Positions 12,925 to 26,330 of a stretch of 64,000 bases of DNA are shown here, piece after piece. Under the pieces are notes generated by a model. It was not told the origin of the DNA and did not search any database. It worked only from the letters and a program-made list of their open reading frames with translations. A program made the position numbers and the translations under genes. Source of the DNA: Macrostomum lignano. Its lineage: Eukaryota. How positions within the stretch are numbered: the stretch's first letter is position 1; the number at the start of each line of letters is the position of its first letter. Location of the stretch: positions 1,302,001 through 1,366,000 of the forward strand of contig NIVC01000020.1 in the NCBI GenBank assembly GCA_002269645.1, in the 5' to 3' direction.

Positions 12925-13874
12925 TCTCCAGGACTGAGGCACTGGAATCGGAGGAGACCGGGGCTGCCTCCAGGACTGGGGCACTGGAATCGGAGGAGAC
13001 CGGGGCTGCCTCCAGGACTGGGGCACTGGAATCGGAGGAGACCGGGGCTGCCTCCAGGACTGGGGCACTGGAATCGAGTAGACCGGGGCTGCCTCCAGGA
13101 CTGGGCACTAGAATCGGAGGAGACCGGGGCTGCCTCCAGGACTGGGGCACTGGAATCGGAGGAGACCGGGGCTGCCTCCAGGACTGGGCACTAGAATCGG
13201 AGGAGACCGGGGCTGCCTCCAGGACTGGGGCACTGGAATCGGAGGAGACCGGGGCTGCCTCCAGGACTGGGGCACTGGAATCGGAGGAGACCGGGGCTGC
13301 CTCCAGGACTGGGGCACTGGAATCGGAGGAGACCGGGGCTGCCTCCAGGACTGGGGCACTGGAATCGGAGGAGACCGGGGCTGCCTCCAGGACTGGGGCA
13401 CTGGAATCGGAGGAGACCGGGGCTGCCTCCAGGACTGGGGCACTGGAATCGGAGGAGACCGGGGCTGCCTCCAGGACTGGGCACTGGAATCGGAGGAGAC
13501 CGGGGCTGCCTCCAGGACTGGGGCACTGGAATCGGAGGAGACCGGGGCTGCCTCCAGGACTGGGGCACTGGAATCGGAGGAGACCGGGGCTGCCTCCAGG
13601 ACTGGGGCACTGGAATCGAGTAGACCGGGGCTGCCTCCAGGACTGGGCACTAGAATCGGAGGAGACCGGGGCTGCATCCAGGACTGGGGCACTGGAATCG
13701 AGTAGACCGGGGCTGCCTCCAGGACTGGGCACTAGAATCGGAGGAGACCGGGGCTGCATCCAGGACTGGGGCACTGGAATCGGAGTAGACAGGGGCTGCC
13801 TCCAGGACTGGGACACTGGAATCGGAGGAGACCGGGGCTGCCTCCAGGACTGGGGCACTGGAATCGGAGGAGAC
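12925..13874. repeat. 41/42-bp minisatellite (GGAGACCGGGGCTGCCTCCAGGACTGGGGCACTGGAATCGGA)n
   Basis: About 22 near-identical units. Explains the spurious ORFs at 12877-13858. Confidence 0.95.
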
Positions 13875-14194
13875 GCAGGCTAATGCGTCACAGACTCCGG
13901 CCCTTATTACTGCGCAGTGAGCTGATGAAGCAATGACCAGACATTCGGGATGGCTTCTGAGCAGAGAAGAGGAGAGCTAGGCGATTCGTCCAACTAAGCA
14001 GCTTCGTGAGCAGCGGGCGCATCTGCACGAGCAGTTTTTGTCCAGTTAAACTTAACCTCAAGTTGAGAAATCAGTTTAGTCAGCTTTTCAACTCGAACTG
14101 ACGCAACCGTGCCCCCAAGTTGCTAAGCAACCAAGGCAGGTGCGATAGAATAGAAGAATTTACACAATCAGAAAGCAAAATGTCGATGTGCTCA

Positions 14195-16887
<2,693 letters not shown>

Positions 16888-18977
16888 TGCTCTAACGAAT
16901 CTTCGATGGCGAACTGAAAAAAAACAGGCGACCGTTTTGGTACAAGTTCACGTAGAACTTTCATTCATGGCATTTTTATGTGCTAAAAATGGATTATTGA
17001 GAAGTGCACGAGCACTAATGAACTATGCGGACGCAGAAAGTTTAAGGAACTTTAAGTCTTTGTGCCTTGGTGGTTGCATTGCCATAGACTGACAGTTAAC
17101 AAAGCAGAGTACAATTATACGCACTTTCTAGATCGTGATGCGCATTTGCGCAGCTTTACCTGATGGCGAATAACTCAATGAGGTGATGAATTCGATGAGC
17201 AGCTGCAACGCATGCCAGCAGGCGCTGCCCCGGCTATGAGCGAATGAAGGCGAGTTGAGCCCACGTAGCGGGCGGAGCGGCGTTCGCTTGAACCGATTGG
17301 AAAGGCTGAGGTTGCCCTGGCAATGCCGGCTCGGCTACGGCATTTATAGTTGGGTCTATATTAGTAACAGGCTGTTATTCTTGCACGAAATTCTGATTAC
17401 TGCAATTATCTGTGGAATCATATTTTCTTTAGGTCAATATTCGATACGATACATTTTTGGTAGTTTGAGCCCAAAATTCGGTTCTCCTATAAAAAATAGA
17501 TCAAAATTTTACTCTTCTTTACAATTGGGATCTACTTGCCAATATATTTCAGAGTACGAAAATTTAGAAGGGTTTTTCCACGCGCTATAAAAAAATTCGC
17601 CTCCGCGCCAGGAGCCAATGGCGAGAGGACTGGAACTTGGCCTGGCCGGTGGCCTTTGGGTGGATTCCCCTGTCAAGCACGCCCACGACTGATGACTGGC
17701 GAGTGCACGGGACCCCCACAGTTCACGCATGCATGACAGACAAAGAAAGGGCATTTGGAATCTGCTGAATGTATTGTGCTTGGAATATTAATAAATGCAG
17801 ATTTCTTGCGCTGTCTGCTGCTACTCTGCGCACACTGGAACCGGGCAGGCCAAGCAAGCGCTATTAACTTGAGTTAAGCTGACAGCCAATAATTGTTTAA
17901 TGGGTTAATGCAGCTCCTGAGCTGACTTCGCCCCCTACTTGATTGATTCCTTCAGCTGCAGACTGCAGACCACAGCTAGCTAATGTTAGCTTTAAAGCTA
18001 ATCAATCGGTTCCTAGAATTTTCCTAGCTTGCAACTGCGCGCTTCGCCTGACTGACAGGCCGGGCTTGAGGGTGCAGGTTTTTGCACTACAGGGCAATCT
18101 TGCTGCCAGCCGGAGCAGCTAGGCGGGGAGAGCTACATGAGATGAAATATTTTTCTATGCCGGCTAGTAGCATCGCTCTCACAAGCATTGCCCTCTCCTG
18201 ACCCCCTGCTGTAAAAATGCCTTTGGTTATTAGACTGCTGAAATTCTCACTGCCAGTGTGCGAGGTCTCAAGCTCTGTTCTCAGACCCAATTTTATTTTC
18301 CGTCTGTGGAAAGAATGCAGTAACGTGCTGCTGCACCTACTCAGGTGTGGCCATGCCTTTGCCTTCTATAGGAGTGAGCAGCTTGGCAATTATCCGGTCC
18401 TGCAGCATTTACCTGCAGACAGAAAAGTCCAGAAATTTCCTATGGGGTCTTTCGGGTCAGGCTGAAGCCATTAGGAAAGAGGGGATTGCGGAGAGCCTAG
18501 AGGATTCGAAATACAGAACTGGTAAATGATTTTGGGATTTTTGGTAGAGAATAGGTAGGATCCAAGGAATTAGCAGGGAGTGAATCAGGTGTAGATTACA
18601 ATGAAATAAAAGACCCAGTCTTGACTTTACTGTGGAATCGATTAATAACTCAAATGTGCGCAAACGAGGCATTTATAGTTGACTGGCTGCTGGCTGACGC
18701 CGGCGCCCCGGATTCGTGGCGTTCATTCGCGACCTGGCCTTGAAGCGCGCCCTGTGACGCTGAACGCGTATTCTGTTGTTGTTGTTATAGATACATTTAG
18801 ATTGCACACGCATCGATCAGCCAGGAAAATGTATTGTAGTTAATTCCATAATTGTAGTTTTACAAAACAAGTCACTTTACACGTTTTGTTTACGTAGACT
18901 TCTGTAAGTTCTGTTACCATGGAATATGCAATGCGTACTTTTCAAAGCAGCCCTTGTCAGAAGTAATGCATCGGAAT

Positions 18978-19232
18978 CATACATGTGCAACAACATCCGG
19001 CCGAGCAGCCAAGGTAAGTCGCAAAACTACATTCCCAAAATAGACGTAGCACACTAATTAGATGACGAAGCATTTAGCCTGAATAAAACTGTTATAGTTA
19101 CTCTTGCCGTTTACCCAAAAACGGTAATTTTTGCTTAGTTTTTTTTCATAGATAATTAATATAAGTCGAATTTTTGGTCAAAAATTAGTAAGTCGCACGG
19201 CCGGTGCAAATCAGTGTGGTGGCGCATGTATG
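18978..19232. mobile_element. 255-bp MITE with CATACATG[T/C]GC termini and 8-bp TSD, carrying a 28S-like core (element A)
   Basis: Left end CATACATGTGC, right end GCGCATGTATG. Flanks ATCGGAAT / ATGGGAAT (7 of 8 match). Subterminal GGCCG...GCGACTTA motifs shared with element 22578-24702. Confidence 0.8.
19052..19116 (-). other. 28S rRNA-derived 65-nt segment (H69-H71 region), copy A
   Basis: Reverse complement GGGTAAACGGCAAGAGTAACTATAAC-agttttattcaggct-AAATGCTTCGTCATCTAATTAGTG versus canonical eukaryotic 28S GGGTAAACGGCGGGAGTAACTATGAC-tctcttaaggtagcc-AAATGCCTCGTCATCTAATTAGTG. Confidence 0.85.
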
Positions 19233-19628
19233 ATGGGAATATGCAGACAGAACAGAACAAATCTAATCTAATCTAATCTAACATATCTAAAATATGTTGC
19301 ACCATGCAATTGTTGTTTGTTTTGTTGTTATGTATAAAGCGTATCAGCCCTAAACTGAGCTCTTCCGCATTTATTTGTGATCGAGTTAGTCATGCACCAT
19401 TCAATGTATGCTGTCTTGAGGAAAGGGATGCTGAAAAACGAAAGAGCTGCAATCTGACCAAGTAATACTTTAGTTTGTTTGAAAAACAGCTACTAATAGT
19501 AGCTAGCTTAGTTTTTTCTCTTGTTAATAAAGTCGCAACCAGTTCAATGACACATGTAAGGCTTAGAGAAGAAGAATAATAAAAGATATAGCATTTTTCA
19601 AGCCAATTGAGCCTAGGAGCAAGCAATA

Positions 19629-19746
19629 TAATAGTACATTAATACCCATGCTTTAAGGGCGTCAATGGGAAAATCAGAGGGCGCTCGCCGTTAGGCGCCC
19701 GAGGATTTCCCATTAGCGCCCGCAAAGCATGGGTATTACTATTATT
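19629..19746. mobile_element. About 118-bp imperfect palindrome (MITE-like hairpin)
   Basis: TAATACCCATGCTTT (19640-19654) pairs with AAAGCATGGGTATTA (19724-19738); inner arms GGGCGTCAATGGGAAAATC / GATTTCCCATTAGCGCCC and GGGCGC / GGCGCCC. Confidence 0.6.
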
Positions 19747-19871
19747 GTGCCATAGACATTTGTGTCCTTGACAAAGTGGGACAGAATAATCGGGCGTTAA
19801 ATCTCATTAACAGTAGGAATACCAAGCCATCTTTCCGCCCGTCGAACTACCAAGGGGGGGGGTGAAATTTC

Positions 19872-20580
19872 GTGCATTCCTGCACGATGAATAATCCGAC
19901 AATGTACCATGACCTTTGTGCCCGCTGGGCACTTATTCTTGCCTTTTAATGCCACAGACTACATTTAAGCCCGCTTGCAGGAAAGAAATATCAAAATTAG
20001 CAATTTATCAGGGGGGAAATCAATATCAGGGGGGAATTCCCCCCCCCTGAAAATTTTTTTTGCTGCGCTGGAACGGAGCAACGCAGGCACACGAAATTCA
20101 AGAACACGGGCTAACTTTTTGTTGCGCACCTTCTCAAACAAGAATCAAGTCGCCAGCCCTCCGGACCGTCGAGATATTCGACGATTCTGCCAGAAGGTCG
20201 GATTTTTCCCATAAGCGCTAGTGTATTCAGTACACCCCTGTGCGCCAATCAGCACTGCGCCTCAGTGCAGCCTTGCCAAGTCTCCAAATTTCATCAGCAC
20301 GTCGACCACATGTGTCTGCATCAGTTCTGACTTCGTTGGTCACTAGCCTTCACCCAGGTGGAGCTTCTTGGTAGTTCTACTGTTAAGTGCCCGCAAATTT
20401 GCATTAAAGTGTGACATAGACAATCGGGCGTTAAATGTCCTTAACTGCCCGCTAATTTTGATATTTCTTTCCTGCAAGCGGGCTTAAATGTAGTCTGTGG
20501 CATTAAAAGGCAAGAATAAGTGCCCAGCGGGCACAAAGGTCATGGTACATTGTCGGATTATTCATCGTGCAGGAATGCAC
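19872..20580. mobile_element. Element with about 131-bp inverted repeats (19872-20002 and 20450-20580) in a nested TE cluster
   Basis: GTGCATTCCTGCACGATGAATAATCC...GAAATATCAAAATTAGC is present again as an apparently perfect reverse complement about 450 bp downstream. Confidence 0.75.
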
Positions 20581-22671
20581 AAAAACGTGCAGGAATGCAT
20601 TTCTGCGCCTAATGCTTTTTCAGTGAGATTTTACCATAGACATCCATTCCTGCACGCAAAAAAGTGCGCACGCTAGCGCGCACTCGTGCAGATGTCATTC
20701 CCGCACTCGTCCAGATGTCATTCCTGCACTCGTGACCGTGCAGGAATCATTCATTGTCTATGGCCCAAAAGGGGGTCTATGGAGCAACCAATTTGAGAAT
20801 CTGGGCGCGCAATTAATCTTTTTCACATGCAGTGCTCATATATCCTTCACGAATAACTTCACTGAAATAACGTCTGCAAATAGATGGCATATCAGAAAAC
20901 GATTGACATTAACAATTTGATTTCAGAGAAACCAATTAAAACAGGCAAAGGCAAAACCATGGCATAGACCATACCATAGACAATAAACCATAGACAAACC
21001 ATAGACAATGGAAAGCAACAAGTCTTCAATAGCTTGATTTTCCCACTAAGGATTAAATTGCTCGCTCATAGGCTCAATTGGCTTGGAAAGTGCTAAATTA
21101 TATTAATACTTATAGCCTACTTTTTCAATAAAATGTGGCTCTCAAATCTCAACTGCTCCTACTTCAAAATTGTTTAAACAAGTGACGTTGTTTTATTGAT
21201 ACAACCTGTGTATGCTTTATGTATGTAGATTGTAAGCCTACCTTTCACCTTAAAAAACTGAAAGTGACAATGGCAATTCTAAGTTACTTTTATCTAAGAA
21301 CAACCCACAAGGCCACAATAAAGCAAATGTACCCATACCCAAACTGAATTTCGGTTCATGCTTATTTGATAAGCCGGCCGAAGTTAAATAAATAAAAGGG
21401 CCTGAATCTGACCTGACCAAAGTCTGACTTAAGTAAATACTGTCAAAACTCCCAACTCGAATGTCTGAATAGAAGGAACTATATTCGAATGAAAGACTAG
21501 GGCCTAATATTTAAAAATCATAAAATTTACTACATGTAAGATGTTGCCAAGAAATGCGGCTAACACTTGATGGCTTAGGTCTTTATCCCTTCTTACTTCT
21601 TTAAACATTGTCATTGTGGTGTAAGACCAAGATGGCCACATACCAAGAACCAAGATGGCTACAACATTGAATCTCTTATTATATATATATTCCCTACCAT
21701 AAATTTGCAACTTAATAGCTATTGTTAAATTAAATAAATATATATATTATGCAGAAATCTATATTATGAAATTATCTATTAATATTTGAATATTTTCATT
21801 CAGTTTTGAACCAATTACTTTTTAATAATTAATAATTAGGCTTCTTGGAATAAGTTAAACATTGAGCCATCAATTTCTATCAGTTTAACAAAAAGTTACT
21901 ATTAATATTATAGGCCTACAAGAAACTTGAAATGCATTATGCATAAACAACAATATATTGATTATGTACTAGGCTAGGCTAGGCCTTATTTGCTTAGTAG
22001 ATATATATCTGAAATAAATGCTAAAAATAAAGAATGTTTTTTGTTTAGTTAATCTAATTATATTATAGTATGTATCTCCCGACTCCCTAGGATTTGAATA
22101 TCCATACCCATTACTAATCACTAGGGCCTACTAATAAGAAATAAAGAACTGGTAGACCTAGGCCTATTCTTATTTATATCAAAATTTAGAGCTGTCTTAA
22201 AGTTAAACTATTGAATATTCAGTGTTTTTATTATGAATTATAATCTAGGTGTATTAAATGCCAAGAATATATTTACCTACCTATAGCATTAGCCCTAAAG
22301 AGAAAGCAGAAAGGTAGCCTTTGCCATGGAAAAATCAAATACATAGAAGATGTCCCTAATATACTAGCTTACAAGTATATCCATGATATACAATAAGTAT
22401 ATTATATCTTAAATTATAACTTATTTCAACTACTTGTTTTGTAGGGGACAAGGGTAAGGCCTACCATATTGAGATGGCAAATGCTAAAAAATATACAAAT
22501 TGTAGTGAATATGCAAAAATTATAAATAGAATAGTTCAAGGTTAACTAAGGATATTCTGCTTTCCTGGCTATGCCACCATACATGCGCAACTTCTGAAAT
22601 TACGCTGGCCGTGCGACTTAGTTTTTGATAAAAAATGCGACTTACCTATGAAAGGGCCAAGCAAAAACTTT

Positions 22672-22736
22672 AGGTATACGGCAGGAGTAACTATGACGAT
22701 ATTTTTAAAGCTAAATGCCTCGCCAGCTAATTAGTG
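22672..22736 (+). other. 28S rRNA-derived 65-nt segment, copy B
   Basis: AGGTATACGGCAGGAGTAACTATGAC-gatatttttaaagct-AAATGCCTCGCCAGCTAATTAGTG; 23/26 and 22/24 identity to the canonical 28S blocks. Confidence 0.85.
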
Positions 22737-23164
22737 CTGCGTGCAGATTCCGCGTTTTTATAACAGCTAATCAGTATGTCATCTAGTGGCGGCATGAAGC
22801 AATTAGTAAATTGTCAGTACAGTGTAGTGAGCATACTGCAAAAGTCATGATTCATGAATGTCCAGAAGTAAGTGAAGTGAATACAGTGTGACCTATAGCT
22901 CAAGAACGATTTGCTAGACGATTTGGCATGGAAGATGAGAGCCCTGATTCAGATGGCTCATCAGATGCAGAATACGAATCCAGTAGAGATACGAGCTGTG
23001 AAAACCCACAGATTTTTAAACCACTGAACTCCAATTCCCGGAACTATTTTTGCATAGATTCTAAATTTGAAGTCATGCTCAAACAAAAACTTGTTAACAG
23101 TTAGGAAAAAGGCAAAGATGGGAGTAAATGCATGTTTAAACTAAGATTTGAGGCCTTTGCAAAT

Positions 23165-23855
23165 TCTCTCCTTTCCTCAATCTTCTCATCCTCTTTTTCT
23201 TTTCTCTCTCATCCCTTATCCCTTCTCTCTTTCCTCTCCTCTCTCCTCTCTTTTCTCTCCTCTCTCCTCTCTTTCCTCTCCTCTCCTATCTCTTCTGTCT
23301 CCTCTCTACATTCTTATCTCCTCTCGTCTCTCCATTCCACTCTACTCTCTCATCTTATCTTCCCTCTCGTCTCTCTCCACTCTACTCTCTCATCTTATCT
23401 CTCTTTTCTACTCTCTCATCTCTCCTCTCTTCACTCTCCTCTCATCTCCTCTTTATCCTCTCTTCTCTCATCTACTCTCTCCTCTTTCCTCTTTCCTCTC
23501 TTCTGATCTCATCCATCATCTTTTCTTTCCTCTTTCCTCTCATCTCCTCTTCTCTCTCATCTCTTTTTCCTCCCTCAGCTTTTCTCTCCTCTTCTATCTT
23601 TTCTCCCATCGCATCGCTCGCCTCCCCTCTGTTTGCTTATCTCTAATCTTCTATTCCCTCTACTTTGAAGTAAGAAACTATGCACATATTTTTGCTGAAG
23701 ATAAGAGGAGAGAAGAGGGCATTGAGAAGAAAGGGTAGAGAGAAAGGGGGAGAAGAGAGGAGAGTAAAAATGAGAGGAGAGAGAAGAGGGAAAAGGGGGG
23801 AGGGAGAGAAGAGGGGAGGCAAGGTAGAGAAGAAGAGAGAGATGAGAATTGAAGA
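23165..23855. repeat. CT-rich low-complexity tract followed by a GA-rich tract inside element B
   Basis: Polypyrimidine at about 23165-23650 and polypurine at about 23700-23855. Source of the S/L-rich spurious ORFs. Confidence 0.85.
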
Positions 23856-24104
23856 GACACCAACCTTGCTGGTTAGGAAGTTTCAAAGAACCCGAGGGGC
23901 GAGGGCCAGATAGAGGGGCTTCGCGAGCCGGAGTTTGCCAACCCCTGCTCCAGAGTTTAAGAAATCAATGGGAAACTGTGGACGCGGGCTTCTGATTTCA
24001 AAGATCTTGTCTGTGGTTGAAGGCTTCTATTCTGTTTTTGCTCTCCTGCCACACTTGCACCTACTACCCCCTGATTGCCTCTGATTGTGACTTACTTCCC
24101 TCTT

Positions 24105-24530
24105 ATTGCGACTTAGTTGCTTCTTTTTGCGACTTACCTAATCCTTTTTGCGACTTACCTAATCCTTTTGCAACTTACCTAACCCTTTTGCGACTTACCT
24201 AATCCTTTTGCGACTTACCTAACCCTTTTGCGACTTACCTAATCCTTTTGCGACTTACCTAATCCTTTTGCGACTTAGCTGATCCTTTTGCGACTTACCT
24301 GATTCTTGTTGCGACTTACCTGATCCTTTTTGCGACTTACCTGATCCTTTTTGCGACTTACCTAATCCTTTTTGCGACTTACCTAACCCTTTTGCGACTT
24401 ACCTGATCCTTTTTGCGACTTAGTTTGCTTCTTTTGCGACTTACCTGATCCTTTTTGCGACTTACCTGATCCTTTTTGCGACTTACCTGATTATTTTTAC
24501 AACTTAGTTTGCTTCTTTTGCGAATTGTTT
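24105..24530. repeat. About 20-22-bp subterminal tandem repeat (TTTTGCGACTTACCTAATCC) of element B
   Basis: About 18 copies of the GCGACTTA core, which also occurs near both termini of elements A and B. Confidence 0.85.
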
Positions 24531-24857
24531 TTCTTTTGCTTCACCATTTTCCCTGAACTGCTCTTTCTTTCGCTTTCCTCTTGCCTTTCTTGGTTCTTGT
24601 GTTTTTCTGTTTTTGGTTGACTCAATTTTGCGACTTACCCCTGGTCAGCCACGATTTACGGTGGCCGGATCGGCCAGGTCGGCCAGCAGTTGCGCATGTA
24701 TGTATGCCACTATTTATTTGCCATGTTTAGCCTTTTTATAAATAACTTACCTTAAGCTGCCATAGCTATAGTTAAAATACAGGCTCTATAGAGTTACTGC
24801 AATGTTGTTAAACAGTCAATCTTACCCCAACTGCAGCAGCAACAGCAGCAGCAGCTG

Positions 24858-25607
24858 ATGCTTGGGCAGGCTGCCCAAGCATTGGTGAATGTGACCAGCC
24901 CCAGCAATGTCAACCGCATTCCGCCCCACCTGCGCAATGCCTACCAAGTGCTGTCTGGCCTGCAGATCACCTGCGGCTGCCTGCTCATCCTCGTCTGCGC
25001 CATTGGCCAGGTTGTGAGCTATGGCGCCAGCTACTCCTCCACTGCTGGCTTCTGGTGCGGCGCCTTCGTCATTGCTGCTGGAGCCGCCGGCTTCATCGCC
25101 AACAGACCCCACACCGGCTGCAGCCTCTGCTGCATCAACACCTGCATGGTGCTGAGCATTATGGCCGCTCTGCTCTGCATCAACGTGTTCGTGACGTCGC
25201 TCACATTGTCTCAAATCCATGGGCGCACCAACATGTTCAACATCGGCACCGCCGTGGTGGCGGCTATTGAGGGCATTTTGGCCGTTGTGAGCGCCTTTTT
25301 ATCCTGCCGAGCCTCCTGCTGCTGCGTGACCACCCCGGCTCCCCAGCAGCAGGCTGTGCAGGTGTACCAGCAGCGGCAGCAGCCCATCGTTTTCGTCAAT
25401 TCGCCCCAGCAGATTGTCTATCCAATGCAGCAGTCTGGATACCCACCGCAGCAGTCTGGATACCCACCGCAGCAGTCTGGGTACCCGCCGCAGGCTCAGT
25501 GGTCTCAGCCGTGCGAGTCGCAGCCGCCGTTCAATCCGGCCTACGGAGACCTCCCACCGCCCTACGAGCCGCCGCAGGCCTCCGCTCCGTCTGGCGCCAA
25601 GTGCTGA
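24858..25607 (+). CDS. CD20/MS4A-like four-transmembrane protein with Pro/Gln-rich tail (249 aa, intronless CDS)
   Basis: Four hydrophobic segments (GLQITCGCLLIL, GFWCGAFVIAAGAAG, CMVLSIMAALL, AVVAAIEGILAVVSAFLSC), Cys-rich juxtamembrane region, QQSGYPP repeats and an LPPPY (PPxY) motif; GC3-biased codons. Confidence 0.75.
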   Translation: MLGQAAQALVNVTSPSNVNRIPPHLRNAYQVLSGLQITCGCLLILVCAIGQVVSYGASYSSTAGFWCGAFVIAAGAAGFIANRPHTGCSLCCINTCMVLSIMAALLCINVFVTSLTLSQIHGRTNMFNIGTAVVAAIEGILAVVSAFLSCRASCCCVTTPAPQQQAVQVYQQRQQPIVFVNSPQQIVYPMQQSGYPPQQSGYPPQQSGYPPQAQWSQPCESQPPFNPAYGDLPPPYEPPQASAPSGAKC

Positions 25608-25734
25608 TGATTAAGTCCTGAGTTCGAATCGTCTTGTTTTTCTTCAGATTTTGATGTCTGCTACTTACAACATGAGCGCCATGTTTAGAGCTGACTAATA
25701 ACTGATTGTGGAGGCCTTCGTAACGGGTAATACC

Positions 25735-26133
25735 CCACTGACCCCACCTGTTATCACAGTGATAACGGGTGGGGTCAGTGATAACAGGTGGGATCAGAGA
25801 TAGTACAGGTGGGGTCAGTGATAACAGGTGGTGACAGTGATAACAGGTGGTGACAGTGATAACAGGTGGGGTTAGTGATAACAGGTGGGATCAGTGATAA
25901 CAGGTGGGGTCAGTGATAACAGGTGGGATCAGTGATAACAGGTGGTGACAGTGATAACAGGTGGGGTTAGTGATAACAGGTGGGATCAGTGATAACAGGT
26001 GGGGTTAGTGATAACAGGTGGGATCAGTGATAACAGGTGGGGTCAGTGATAACAGGTGGGATCAGTGATAACAGGTAGTGTCGGTGATAACAGGTGGGGT
26101 CAGTGATAACCGGTGGTGACAGTGATAACAGGT
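25735..26133. repeat. 19-bp minisatellite (CAGTGATAACAGGTGGG[G/A]T)n
   Basis: About 20 units. Confidence 0.9.
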
Positions 26134-26197
26134 GTGTAAAATTCTCATCTTTTTGGGGATTTGGGGAGACTGAGAGCGAGCAATTCAGGAATATTCA

Positions 26198-26330
26198 AGT
26201 ACTGTTCACTATGTACTTTTGACTATGTACTGTTCACTATGTACTTTTGACTATGTACTGTTCACTATGTACTTTTGACTATGTACTGTTCACTATGTAC
26301 TTTTGACTATGTACTGTTCACTATGTACTA
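26198..26330. repeat. 28-bp tandem repeat (TGTACTGTTCACTATGTACTTTTGACTA), about 4.5 units
   Basis: Period of 28 directly visible. Confidence 0.9.

Larger units (their letters stand above)
22578..24702. mobile_element. 2.1-kb non-autonomous TIR transposon (P- or hAT-like, 8-bp TSD TATGCCAC) carrying a 28S-like core (element B)
   Basis: TIR CATACATGCGCAACT at 22578 and its reverse complement ending at 24702. Perfect 8-bp TSD at 22570-22577 and 24703-24710. Subterminal GCGACTTA repeats; no intact transposase. Confidence 0.88.

Noticed and set aside
12877-13858. Pro/Ser-rich ORFs up to 317 aa
   Set aside because: Entirely derived from the 41/42-bp minisatellite.
19052-19116. Functional rRNA gene or NUMT at the three 28S-like segments
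   Set aside because: Only about 65-90 nt is homologous, the H69 stem is broken, and each copy sits inside a TIR element. The right block is nuclear 28S-type rather than mitochondrial.
23132-23913. Ser/Leu-rich and Arg/Glu-rich ORFs
   Set aside because: Low-complexity CT/GA tracts within a transposon.
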